Of a DNA stretch of 64,000 nucleotides, positions 33,442 to 41,646 are shown in pieces. The stretch is from contig NKPT01000005.1 in assembly GCA_002254845.1 (NCBI GenBank), positions 31,213 through 95,212 of the forward strand. The letters are read 5' to 3'. The stretch's first letter is position 1, and the number at the start of each line of letters is the position of its first letter. A model generated the notes under the pieces. The model was given only the letters and a program-made list of their open reading frames with translations. It made no database searches and was not told the DNA's origin. The translations under genes and the position numbers were made by a program. Origin of the DNA: Chloracidobacterium sp. CP2_5A. GTDB lineage: Bacteria > Acidobacteriota > Blastocatellia > Chloracidobacteriales > Chloracidobacteriaceae.

Positions 33442-36400
33442 ATGGACTTCCCTCTCAGGCTCGTTTCTCCTTGTCGCCTTCGATTTGTCGCCTGGATGAC
33501 GCTCTGGCTCGTCGCCTGGGGCGCCCTGGGCAGCCATCCCGCCCAGCCCAGCCGCGCCTGGGACGAGCGCCCCGCGCTGTCCCCGGTCAAGCCGTGGCCG
33601 AGCGAAATTGGCGCGCGCTTTGTCCAAGATTACGGACAGGACGCATTCCACTCGCTGCCGCAGACCTGGTCCGCGATTCAGGACGAGCAGGGCGTCCTCT
33701 ATGTAGCCAACGACGCAGGGCTTCTCGCTTACGACGGCGCCCGCTGGCAGCTTATCGCGCTTCCAAACCGGGCGACGGCTCGGTCGCTGGCCGTCGGCGC
33801 GGATGGCCGCGTCTATCTCGGCGCCGAAAACGACTTCGGCTACCTTGCCGGCGCGCCGGACGGCGCGGCGCAGTTGGTCTCGCTGGTGGAGCGCCTTCCG
33901 CCTGACAAGCGTCGCTTTGGGTCCGTCTGGCGCTCGTGGGCGACGCCCGCCGGCATATTTTTCCAGACCTATCGGTATCTGTTCCACCTTGTCGGCGACG
34001 CCATCCACATCCATGAGCCGGACGGTCGGGTGGCGCGGGATGACTTCGTCTGGAGCCACTGGGTCAACGGGACGCTCTATGTCCACCAGCGGCATGTCGG
34101 GCTTCTCAAGCTTGGCGGCGACGAAACGCTGCGCCTCGCGTCAGGCGGCGCGCAGTTTGCCGAGCGGCGGGTCTGCGCCCTCTTGCCGTTTGACGAGACG
34201 CGCCTTTTGGCAGTGACGCGCGACAGCGGCTTGTGGCTGTACGCGCCCGAGACTGGCGTTGCGGAGACGCTTCCGCTCGCCCCACAGCTCGCCAAGGCGC
34301 CTGACATCAACCATGCCTGCTGGCTGGCCGACGGGCGTCTCGCCATTGCCACTGATTTGTTCGGCGTTATCCTCTGCGACCGCCAGGGTCGCGTCTTGGA
34401 AGTCATTGGGCGACGGGACGGCCTCGGCTCGCCTTCGGTTCACTGGGTCTATAGCGACCGACAAGGCGGGCTGTGGGCGGCGCATCGGAACGGCGTCGCC
34501 CACATTGAGGCTTGCGCGCCGCTTTCCTACTTTGATGAAGCCAGGGGACTCGAAGGGCGCGTCTTCGCGCTCCATCGCCACGCCGGACGACTTTACGCCG
34601 GCACGCTCGCCGGACTGTTTGAGCTGACCAACGAGGAGAGCGCCCCGCCCGTCGTCGGACAGGCCCGGTTCCGGCGCGTGCCCGGCATTGAAAGCGACTG
34701 CTGGCACATGGCGACGGATGGCTCCGACATGCTGGTCGCCACCGGCGATGGCGTCTACGCTGTCACGCCGCGCTCGGACGCCGCGCCACAGATCAGGAAG
34801 CTGGACATTGATGACCGAGCCTATACGCTGCATGCCGACCCGACTCAGCTTGGGCGGCTCTACGTCGGCGGGCGCAACGGGCTCATCCGTTTGACGCGGC
34901 GCGGCGCGGACTGGAAGGTCGAAGCGCCGGTCTTTGGCGTTCGGGACGAGATACGCTCGATCGTCGTCACGACGGAAGGTCTTTGGTGCGGGACGATGTA
35001 TCAGGGCGCGTGGCTTATTCCCATCGCGAGCCTGCGCCGCGCCCCGCCATCCGACGCGACGCAAGCCATCAGGATTGATGAAAGCGTCGGGCTGCCCACG
35101 CAGCGCGAGACGTTCGTCGCGCGGGTCGACGATCAGGCCCTTTTGGCGACCCAGCGCGGCGCCTATGTCTTCGACCCGCGTCAACGGGCGCTGACGCCGG
35201 CGGAAAAGCTTCCGATGTTTCGGGAAGCGCCGGTGTTTCGGCTCAGTCAGGACGCCGCGGGCAACGTCTGGTACTCGCAGGACTTCGACCGGCGCGGCGT
35301 TCTCCGGCCCGGAGACAATCATCAGCTTTGGGCGGATACGCGCGCGCTGCGCCTGCCGCCCGCGTGCCTGCTCCGCGCCATCTTCTGCGAGCCGGACGGC
35401 GTCGTCTGGCTGGGCGGCGACAAGGGACTGTTTCGCTATGACGCCAACGCGCCGCCCATCGACCGGGGCGCGGGACAGGCGCTCATCCGGCGGGTGACAG
35501 CCGGCGACGGGCAAACGCTCCTCGGCGGCTTTGGCCCCGCGCCGCCCGCCGCTCGCGTCATTCCCTATGCCGCGAATCGGCTGCGGTGCGAGGCGGCGCT
35601 GACTTCGTTTCCGCGCGAAAGCCAGCACCGGTTTCGCTTCAAGCTCGACGGCGCCGACCGCGAGTGGTCGGCGTGGGCGGCCGAGCCGGTCAAGGAATAC
35701 ACTAACCTGCTGGAAGGCGACTACACGCTGCGCGTTGAAGCTGAAGACCTTTACGGGCGCGTTTCGGCCGCGGCGCCGGTGAGGATTCGCGTCCTGCCGC
35801 CGTGGTATCGAACGTGGTGGGCGTATGCGCTCGCCGTCCTGCTTGCGGGCGGCGGCGCGCTGGGCGGCGTCCGACTGCGCGAGCGGGCGCTGGTTCAGCG
35901 CACTTTGGCGCTGGAGCGAATCGTCGCGGAGCGGACAGCCGAGATCGCCCTCCAGCGCGACGAAATTCTTGATAGCATCCGCTACGCCGAGCGAATCCAG
36001 AAGTCCATCCTCCCATCGCCGGAGGTCCTGCAGCGGCGACTGCCGGAGCACTTCATTTTGTACGCGCCGCGCGACATCGTGAGCGGCGATTTTTACTGGG
36101 CGCAGCCGGCGGGCGCGGCCACGCTGCTGGTGGTCGCGGACTGCACCGGGCATGGCGTGCCGGGCGCGTTCATGTCGCTCATCAGTAACGACCTGCTCAA
36201 CCAGATCGTGATTGGGCGGGGCATCCATGATCCGGCGCGCATTCTGGACGAGCTTCACGCGGGCATTGTGACGGCGCTGAGTCAAGGGCAAGGCGGCGCC
36301 GACCGGGTCGAAGACGGGCTAGACGCGGGCGTCCTCTGGCTGGACGCGGCCGGGCGGCGGGCGCGCTATGCCGGGGCGCGGCGCCCGCTCTACCATGCGC

Positions 36401-36711
36401 GGCGCGGAACCCTGACTGAAATCAAGGGCGATTTGGCTTCAGTCGGCGGGACGCGCCGCCGCGAGCATCGCTACGCAGAGCATGCCTTGGCGCTGGAGAG
36501 CGGCGACATGCTGTACCTGACCACCGACGGCTTCGCCGACCAAGTCGACCGCGACGGGAAAAAGTACGGCGCGCGCCGCCTGAAAGCGTTCTTGAGCGAG
36601 ATCGCCGAGCAGCCCCTGTCCGAGCAGGCGGCGGCGCTCCGCGCGCAGGTCGGCGCGGGGCGATTGCGCGACGATGTCACCATTGTGAGCGTTCGCCTTC
36701 CCAGCGGCTGA
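33442..36711 (+). CDS. Periplasmic two-component-regulator-propeller / Y_Y_Y sensor fused to a cytoplasmic PP2C (SpoIIE) phosphatase
   Basis: About 1090 aa. Signal/TM, repeated beta-propeller segments, 'YRFKLDG...WS.W' Y_Y_Y-like segment, TM 'WWAYALAVLLAGGGALGGV', and SpoIIE 'SGDFYWA...VVADCTGHGVPGAFMS'. Confidence 0.85.
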   Translation: MDFPLRLVSPCRLRFVAWMTLWLVAWGALGSHPAQPSRAWDERPALSPVKPWPSEIGARFVQDYGQDAFHSLPQTWSAIQDEQGVLYVANDAGLLAYDGARWQLIALPNRATARSLAVGADGRVYLGAENDFGYLAGAPDGAAQLVSLVERLPPDKRRFGSVWRSWATPAGIFFQTYRYLFHLVGDAIHIHEPDGRVARDDFVWSHWVNGTLYVHQRHVGLLKLGGDETLRLASGGAQFAERRVCALLPFDETRLLAVTRDSGLWLYAPETGVAETLPLAPQLAKAPDINHACWLADGRLAIATDLFGVILCDRQGRVLEVIGRRDGLGSPSVHWVYSDRQGGLWAAHRNGVAHIEACAPLSYFDEARGLEGRVFALHRHAGRLYAGTLAGLFELTNEESAPPVVGQARFRRVPGIESDCWHMATDGSDMLVATGDGVYAVTPRSDAAPQIRKLDIDDRAYTLHADPTQLGRLYVGGRNGLIRLTRRGADWKVEAPVFGVRDEIRSIVVTTEGLWCGTMYQGAWLIPIASLRRAPPSDATQAIRIDESVGLPTQRETFVARVDDQALLATQRGAYVFDPRQRALTPAEKLPMFREAPVFRLSQDAAGNVWYSQDFDRRGVLRPGDNHQLWADTRALRLPPACLLRAIFCEPDGVVWLGGDKGLFRYDANAPPIDRGAGQALIRRVTAGDGQTLLGGFGPAPPAARVIPYAANRLRCEAALTSFPRESQHRFRFKLDGADREWSAWAAEPVKEYTNLLEGDYTLRVEAEDLYGRVSAAAPVRIRVLPPWYRTWWAYALAVLLAGGGALGGVRLRERALVQRTLALERIVAERTAEIALQRDEILDSIRYAERIQKSILPSPEVLQRRLPEHFILYAPRDIVSGDFYWAQPAGAATLLVVADCTGHGVPGAFMSLISNDLLNQIVIGRGIHDPARILDELHAGIVTALSQGQGGADRVEDGLDAGVLWLDAAGRRARYAGARRPLYHARRGTLTEIKGDLASVGGTRRREHRYAEHALALESGDMLYLTTDGFADQVDRDGKKYGARRLKAFLSEIAEQPLSEQAAALRAQVGAGRLRDDVTIVSVRLPSG

Positions 36712-36858
36712 GGCGGGGCGGCCGCCTCGCAGGTTCCGCCGGAGACCGCTCGATTGCCAAGAAAACCGGCTTTCGCATAGTATCCAAAGCGTTTCCCGGA
36801 CGGACTGAAAGCCATCTGGTCGTCTTGAACAGCGTTTTGAAGGAGAGACAAGCATCCG

Positions 36859-38049
36859 ATGACCACTGCTGCCGCGCCTGGCGAAGCCGCCCCACAGCGC
36901 ATTGCGCTCAACCCTGATTTGAAAAGCCCGCGCGCGCGCGAGTTTGAGGAAAAGCTCATGACGCGGGTTGTCGGGCAGGAACGCGCCGTGCGGCGCATCG
37001 CGAATCTCTACCAGATTTATCTGGCCGGACTGGCGCATCCGGGACGGCCGCTGGGCACGATGCTCTTTCTAGGGCCAACCGGATCGGGCAAAACGCGCGT
37101 GGTGGAAGCCGCCGCCGAAGCCCTGTTCGGCGATCCGTACGCGGTCGTCAAAGTAGACTGCGCCGAGTTTCAGCATAGTCATGAGGTAGCCAAGCTGATC
37201 GGCTCGCCGCCCGGCTATCTCGGCCACCGCGAGACGCCGCCGCTGCTGACGCAGGAAAACCTCGACAAGCACCACACCGAACAGGACAAACTCACCTTTG
37301 TCCTGTTCGACGAAATCGAAAAGGCTTCCGACGCGCTTTGGCAGTTGCTTCTGGGCATCCTCGACAAGGCGACCCTGACGCTAGGCGACAACCGGCGGGT
37401 GGATTTCTCAAAGTGCATGATTGTCATGACGAGCAATCTCGGCGCGAAAGAGATGTCGGAACTCATCACCGGCAGCATTGGCTTTGCTCCGATGCGCCCT
37501 GAGACGCAGCGCGACGACCTTGACCAGAAAATCTACCGGACGGCGACCGAGGCGGCTCGGCGCAAGTTTTCGCCGGAGTTTATGAACCGCATTGACAAGG
37601 TCGTCGTTTTCCGCAGCCTCAAGGATCACCACCTTGAGCGCATCCTCGACCTTGAGCTCAGCGCGGTTCAAGAGCGCATCACCCGCGCCGCGGTCGAGAA
37701 GTTTGTCATTCGCTGCTCGCCTGAAACCAAGCGATTCCTGCTTGATGAAGGCATTGACTTGAAGTATGGCGCGCGGCACCTCAAGCGCGCCATCGAGCGG
37801 TTTTTAGTCAACCCGATTGCCAGCCTCGTCGCTACCAAGCAAGTGTGCACCGGCGACCTGTTGCTGGTGGATTACGACCCGGAAGAAAAAAAGCTTCGCT
37901 TTTCAAAAGAGCGGCACGGGGCGTTGGTGCTCAACGCCGGAACCGAAGCGCCGCCGCCGCGCGCCGAGCACGAATCGCTCGAAGGTCATTCGGCGGCGCT
38001 TCCGGCCCAGGCTTCGCCGGCTTCGGCAAAGACGGTGAGTGAAAACTAG
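36859..38049 (+). CDS. Single-ring AAA+ ATPase homologous to the D2 module of ClpA/B/C
   Basis: Walker A 'GPTGSGKT', Walker B 'FVLFDEIEKA', sensor-1 'MTSNLG', 'GSPPGYLGH', sensor-2 'YGARHLKRAIE' and a D2-small domain. It has no N-domain or D1. AAGGAGAG lies upstream of ATG 36859. Confidence 0.8.
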   Translation: MTTAAAPGEAAPQRIALNPDLKSPRAREFEEKLMTRVVGQERAVRRIANLYQIYLAGLAHPGRPLGTMLFLGPTGSGKTRVVEAAAEALFGDPYAVVKVDCAEFQHSHEVAKLIGSPPGYLGHRETPPLLTQENLDKHHTEQDKLTFVLFDEIEKASDALWQLLLGILDKATLTLGDNRRVDFSKCMIVMTSNLGAKEMSELITGSIGFAPMRPETQRDDLDQKIYRTATEAARRKFSPEFMNRIDKVVVFRSLKDHHLERILDLELSAVQERITRAAVEKFVIRCSPETKRFLLDEGIDLKYGARHLKRAIERFLVNPIASLVATKQVCTGDLLLVDYDPEEKKLRFSKERHGALVLNAGTEAPPPRAEHESLEGHSAALPAQASPASAKTVSEN

Positions 38050-38069
38050 CGCAGCGGAGGCGCTGTCCC

Positions 38070-38522
38070 TCACCGGAGTCCCGGAAAGCCCCCCTGGCGT
38101 AGCGCCTCATAGAGCGTCAGCGCCACGGCGTTCGATAGATTGAGCGACCGCGCATTGGAGATCATTGGAATTCGGGCGACGGTCTCGCCTTCGAGCAGCG
38201 CCGCGGGAAGCCCGCTCGTTTCCCGTCCAAACACCAGAAAGTCATCCGCTCCATAGGCGATTTCATCATACCGTCGCGCGCCGACCGTCTCGATGAAAAC
38301 AAATCGGCCGTCCGGGCGCGCGGCGCGCAGGGCGGCAAAGCTTTCCCATTCGTGTAAGTCGAGCGCCTGCCAGTAATCCAGACCTGCCCGGCGCAGGGCG
38401 CGGTCGTCAATTGAAAAGCCCAGCGGGTGCACCAAATGCAACGTCGCGCCGACGCAAACGCACGTGCGCGCGATGTTGCCGGTGTTGACATGAATTTCCG
38501 GCTCCACCAAAACGACCTGCAT
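38070..38522 (-). CDS. trmL: tRNA (cytidine/uridine-34 2'-O)-methyltransferase, SpoU/TrmL type
   Basis: About 150 aa. 'VVLVEPEIHVNTGNIARTC...LHLV.PLGF' and 'IPM....RSLNLSNAVA' trefoil-knot motifs. Confidence 0.85.
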   Translation of the reverse strand: MQVVLVEPEIHVNTGNIARTCVCVGATLHLVHPLGFSIDDRALRRAGLDYWQALDLHEWESFAALRAARPDGRFVFIETVGARRYDEIAYGADDFLVFGRETSGLPAALLEGETVARIPMISNARSLNLSNAVALTLYEALRQGGFPGLR

Positions 38523-38586
38523 GCTTGGCTCTCTTATCACATCGCCGTAGCATTTTTTCCGCGCCGGCCGCATCATGGTCAACGCT

Positions 38587-39921
38587 ATGGCTGAAACCAT
38601 TCTGATCGTGGACGACGAGCGCGGCATCCGGGAGTCGCTGCGCGGCGTGTTAGAAGACGAGGGCTTCGCGGTTGAAAAAGCCGAGAGCGGCGACGCGGCC
38701 CTGCGCCGCCTGGCCGATGTGGAAGCGGACTGCGTTTTGCTCGATATCTATATGCCCAACAGCCAGCTTGATGGTCTGGCGACGCTTGAGCGCATCCGGC
38801 AAGCGTACCCGCGCCTGCCCGTCGTGATGATTTCCGGCCATGGCACGATCGACGCTGCCGTGCGCGCCATTCGCCTCGGCGCCAGCGACTTCATTGAGAA
38901 GCCGCTCAACATTGAGCGGACGCTTCAGGCAATCCGGCATGCCATTCTGACGCGCCGGCCCGCGCTGGCGCCGGACGGGGACAGTCGGATTGTAGGCGAC
39001 AGCGTCCCAATGCGCGCCCTGCGGCAGCAGATCGCGCTCACAGGACCGACCGACGGGCGCGTCTTGATTTATGGCGAATCGGGCACCGGCAAGGAGCTGG
39101 TTGCGCTGGCGCTGCACGCCGCCTCCAAGCGCGCCAGCCGCCCCTTTGTCGCCGTCAACTGCGCGGCCGTCCCCGAAGACCTCATCGAGTCGGAGCTTTT
39201 CGGTCACCTCAAGGGCGCGTTCACCGGCGCGACCGATTCGCGGCGCGGGAAGTTTGAGCAAGCCGACGGCGGAACGCTCTTCCTCGACGAAGTGGGCGAC
39301 ATGAGCCTGCGGATGCAGGCTAAGCTCCTGCGGGCGCTGGAAACCGGAACCATCGAGCCGGTCGGCGGCAACGGCGAGCGCCAAGTGGATGCGCGCATCA
39401 TCGCGGCGACCAACAAGCGATTGGACGAAGCCATCGAGCGCGGGCAGTTCCGAGCGGATTTATTTTACCGGCTCAACGTCGTCCCGTTTCAAGCGCCGCC
39501 CCTGCGCGAGCGCCTGGAGGACATCCCGGCCCTGGTCGCCCATTTCGCCCAGCAGTTCAGCCAGCAGTATGGGCGTCCGCGGTTGTCGCTAACGGAAGAC
39601 GCTTACGAGAAGCTGCGCCGTCACGACTGGCCAGGCAACGTTCGCGAGTTGCGCAATCTCGTTGAGCGGCTCGTCATTACCGGCGGCGACTCGCCCATCG
39701 CCGCCGAGCAGATCCCCCTTGAGCCAGCGCCAAGCTCGGTCTGGGCTAGCTTTCAGTTTGGCTCCTTGCGCGAGGGCAGCAAAGCCTTTGAGCGGGAGCT
39801 GGTGCGCCGGAAGCTCGCGGAGTTTGACGGCAACGTGACCCAGGCGGCCGAGGCGCTGGGCATTGACCGCAGCTACCTTTACCGTCGCATCAAGGCGCTG
39901 GGCATCAGCCTGCGGGACTAA
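38587..39921 (+). CDS. Sigma-54-dependent response regulator (receiver, AAA+, Fis-type HTH)
   Basis: Receiver 'ILIVDDE...LLDIYMP...KP', AAA+ 'GESGTGKE', 'GAFTGA', and C-terminal 'NVTQAAEALGIDRSYLYRRIK'. Confidence 0.9.
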   Translation: MAETILIVDDERGIRESLRGVLEDEGFAVEKAESGDAALRRLADVEADCVLLDIYMPNSQLDGLATLERIRQAYPRLPVVMISGHGTIDAAVRAIRLGASDFIEKPLNIERTLQAIRHAILTRRPALAPDGDSRIVGDSVPMRALRQQIALTGPTDGRVLIYGESGTGKELVALALHAASKRASRPFVAVNCAAVPEDLIESELFGHLKGAFTGATDSRRGKFEQADGGTLFLDEVGDMSLRMQAKLLRALETGTIEPVGGNGERQVDARIIAATNKRLDEAIERGQFRADLFYRLNVVPFQAPPLRERLEDIPALVAHFAQQFSQQYGRPRLSLTEDAYEKLRRHDWPGNVRELRNLVERLVITGGDSPIAAEQIPLEPAPSSVWASFQFGSLREGSKAFERELVRRKLAEFDGNVTQAAEALGIDRSYLYRRIKALGISLRD

Positions 39922-39936
39922 CTAAGGACGCCGACT

Positions 39937-40911
39937 ATGGATGCCTCGGAGCCCTTCATCTGCGCCTCGCCGGGGCTACAAGCGCTCCTGCGCGACGCCG
40001 CCCGCGTCGCCCCCACCGACGCGACCGTGGTGATCACCGGCGAAAGCGGGACAGGTAAAAGCCTGCTCGCTCGCTGGCTTCATGACCACAGCCGCCGGGC
40101 GGCGGAACCCTTTATCGTCATTGACTGCGGCGCGCTGCCCGAAACGCTGCTAGAGGCCGAGCTTTTTGGCTTCGAGCGCGGAGCTTTCACGGGCGCGTCC
40201 GCCGCTAAGGCCGGCCGCCTTGAAGCCGCGCAGCGCGGAACGCTCGTCCTGGACGAAGTCGCCGCGCTCTCGCCAAGCGCGCAAGCCAAGCTGTTGCGGG
40301 TTATCGAGGAGCGGCGCGTCATGCGACTGGGGGGGACGCGCTTGACCAGCCTGGACGCGCGGCTTATCGCCGTGACCAATCTTGATCTCGCCAACGCGGT
40401 GGCGCGGCAAGCCTTTCGCGCCGACCTGTTTCATCGGTTCAATGTCATAACGCTCGAAGCGCCGCCGCTTCGGACGCGTCCGGGCGACATCGCGCCCCTG
40501 GCGCGTCATTTCCTGAAGCAGGTCGCGGAGCGTCACCGACTCCCGGCGCTCGCCCTCGCGCCGGAAACCTCTCGCATCCTGGAACGCTACGATTTTCCCG
40601 GCAACGTCCGCGAGTTGCGGCATGCGATGGAGCGGGCGGCGTTGACCGCCGTCGGCAAAGTCATCCGCCCGGAGCATCTCCCGCCCCGCATGACCTCCGC
40701 CATGGCGCTCATGCGGCATGCGACCCGCAAGCCGACCTTGGCGGAGCTGGAAAGCGCCTACGTGCGCGAGATTCTCCAGCACGTGGGCTGGCGCAAGGCC
40801 GAAGCCGCGCGAATTCTGGGTATCAGTCGCAAAAATCTCTATGAAAAGCTCCGCGCCTACGGCATCCCCTACCATCCATCCGACCCGCCCGACGACGACG
40901 CCTCAGCTTGA
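39937..40911 (+). CDS. Sigma-54 enhancer-binding protein with no sensory or receiver domain (AAA+ plus HTH only)
   Basis: Starts directly at the AAA+ core: 'VVITGESGTGKS', 'GAFTGA', 'GNVRELRHAME', and HTH 'RKAEAARILGISRKNLYEKLR'. AAGGA lies 9 nt upstream of the ATG. Confidence 0.85.
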   Translation: MDASEPFICASPGLQALLRDAARVAPTDATVVITGESGTGKSLLARWLHDHSRRAAEPFIVIDCGALPETLLEAELFGFERGAFTGASAAKAGRLEAAQRGTLVLDEVAALSPSAQAKLLRVIEERRVMRLGGTRLTSLDARLIAVTNLDLANAVARQAFRADLFHRFNVITLEAPPLRTRPGDIAPLARHFLKQVAERHRLPALALAPETSRILERYDFPGNVRELRHAMERAALTAVGKVIRPEHLPPRMTSAMALMRHATRKPTLAELESAYVREILQHVGWRKAEAARILGISRKNLYEKLRAYGIPYHPSDPPDDDASA

Positions 40912-41028
40912 CCGGGCGCGAGAATGTCCGGTAGCGTTTTCTCTTTTGCCGTTCGCCGGCGGCGCCCCGGCTAAGCTGGACCCGCGCCGGCGGCGGTCAC
41001 TTCACTCAGCGAGGAGTCCCCTTACGTC

Positions 41029-41586
41029 ATGCGAGCCAACCAGATTCGGCGCGGGATGATCGTCCTGTTTGAGAAACAGCCCCATCGCGTTCTCGAATGT
41101 CGCCACCATACGCCCGGCAACTTGCGGGCGATGATGCAAACCAAGCTCAAGAACATCATCACCGGCACGACGTTCGAGCACCGCTTCAGCGCCACTGAAG
41201 ACGTGGAGCGCGCCACGCTCGAACAGCACGAAATGCAATACCTGTACCAGGAAGGCCCGACGCACTACTTCATGGACGTGACCACCTACGAGCAGATCGG
41301 GCTGGACGAGGAAATTCTTGGCGACGCCCTCGACTACCTGACCGCCGACATGACCATTCAGGTCGAAGTCTATGAAGGGCAGCCGGTCGCCATTCAGTTG
41401 CCGGTTGTTGTCGAGCTGAAAGTGGTTGAAACCGAGCCGGAGCTTAAGGGCGCGACCGTGACCGGCTCCAGCAAGCCGGCCAAGCTTGAAACCGGACTGC
41501 AAATCAACGTGCCCGGCTTCATCAAGGAAGGCGATGTCATTCGGGTGGACACCAGCGAAGGCAAGTATATTGAGCGCGCCAAGTAG
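41029..41586 (+). CDS. efp: Translation elongation factor P with an atypical loop-tip residue
   Basis: 185 aa, collinear with Bacillus-type EF-P: '[17 protein letters not shown]', '[14 protein letters not shown]' and '[13 protein letters not shown]'. The loop reads '[11 protein letters not shown]'. Confidence 0.9.
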   Translation: MRANQIRRGMIVLFEKQPHRVLECRHHTPGNLRAMMQTKLKNIITGTTFEHRFSATEDVERATLEQHEMQYLYQEGPTHYFMDVTTYEQIGLDEEILGDALDYLTADMTIQVEVYEGQPVAIQLPVVVELKVVETEPELKGATVTGSSKPAKLETGLQINVPGFIKEGDVIRVDTSEGKYIERAK

Positions 41587-41602
41587 GCCCGCCCGCGCCC
41601 CG

Positions 41603-41627
41603 CGCCGCTGGGGCCGCGCCAGCGGCG
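41603..41627 (+). terminator. Strong GC hairpin after efp (9-bp perfect stem)
   Basis: cgccgctgg / ccagcggcg (41603-11 / 41619-27). The downstream tract is only weakly T-rich ('ctattta'). Confidence 0.35.
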
Positions 41628-41646
41628 GCCGACGCGCCTATTTAAC

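Noticed and set aside
34141-36291. 716-aa minus-strand ORF
   Set aside because: It lies entirely antisense to the well-supported propeller-PP2C gene. Its Arg/Ala/Pro-rich composition is typical of stop-free reverse frames in GC-rich DNA, and it has no recognisable motifs.
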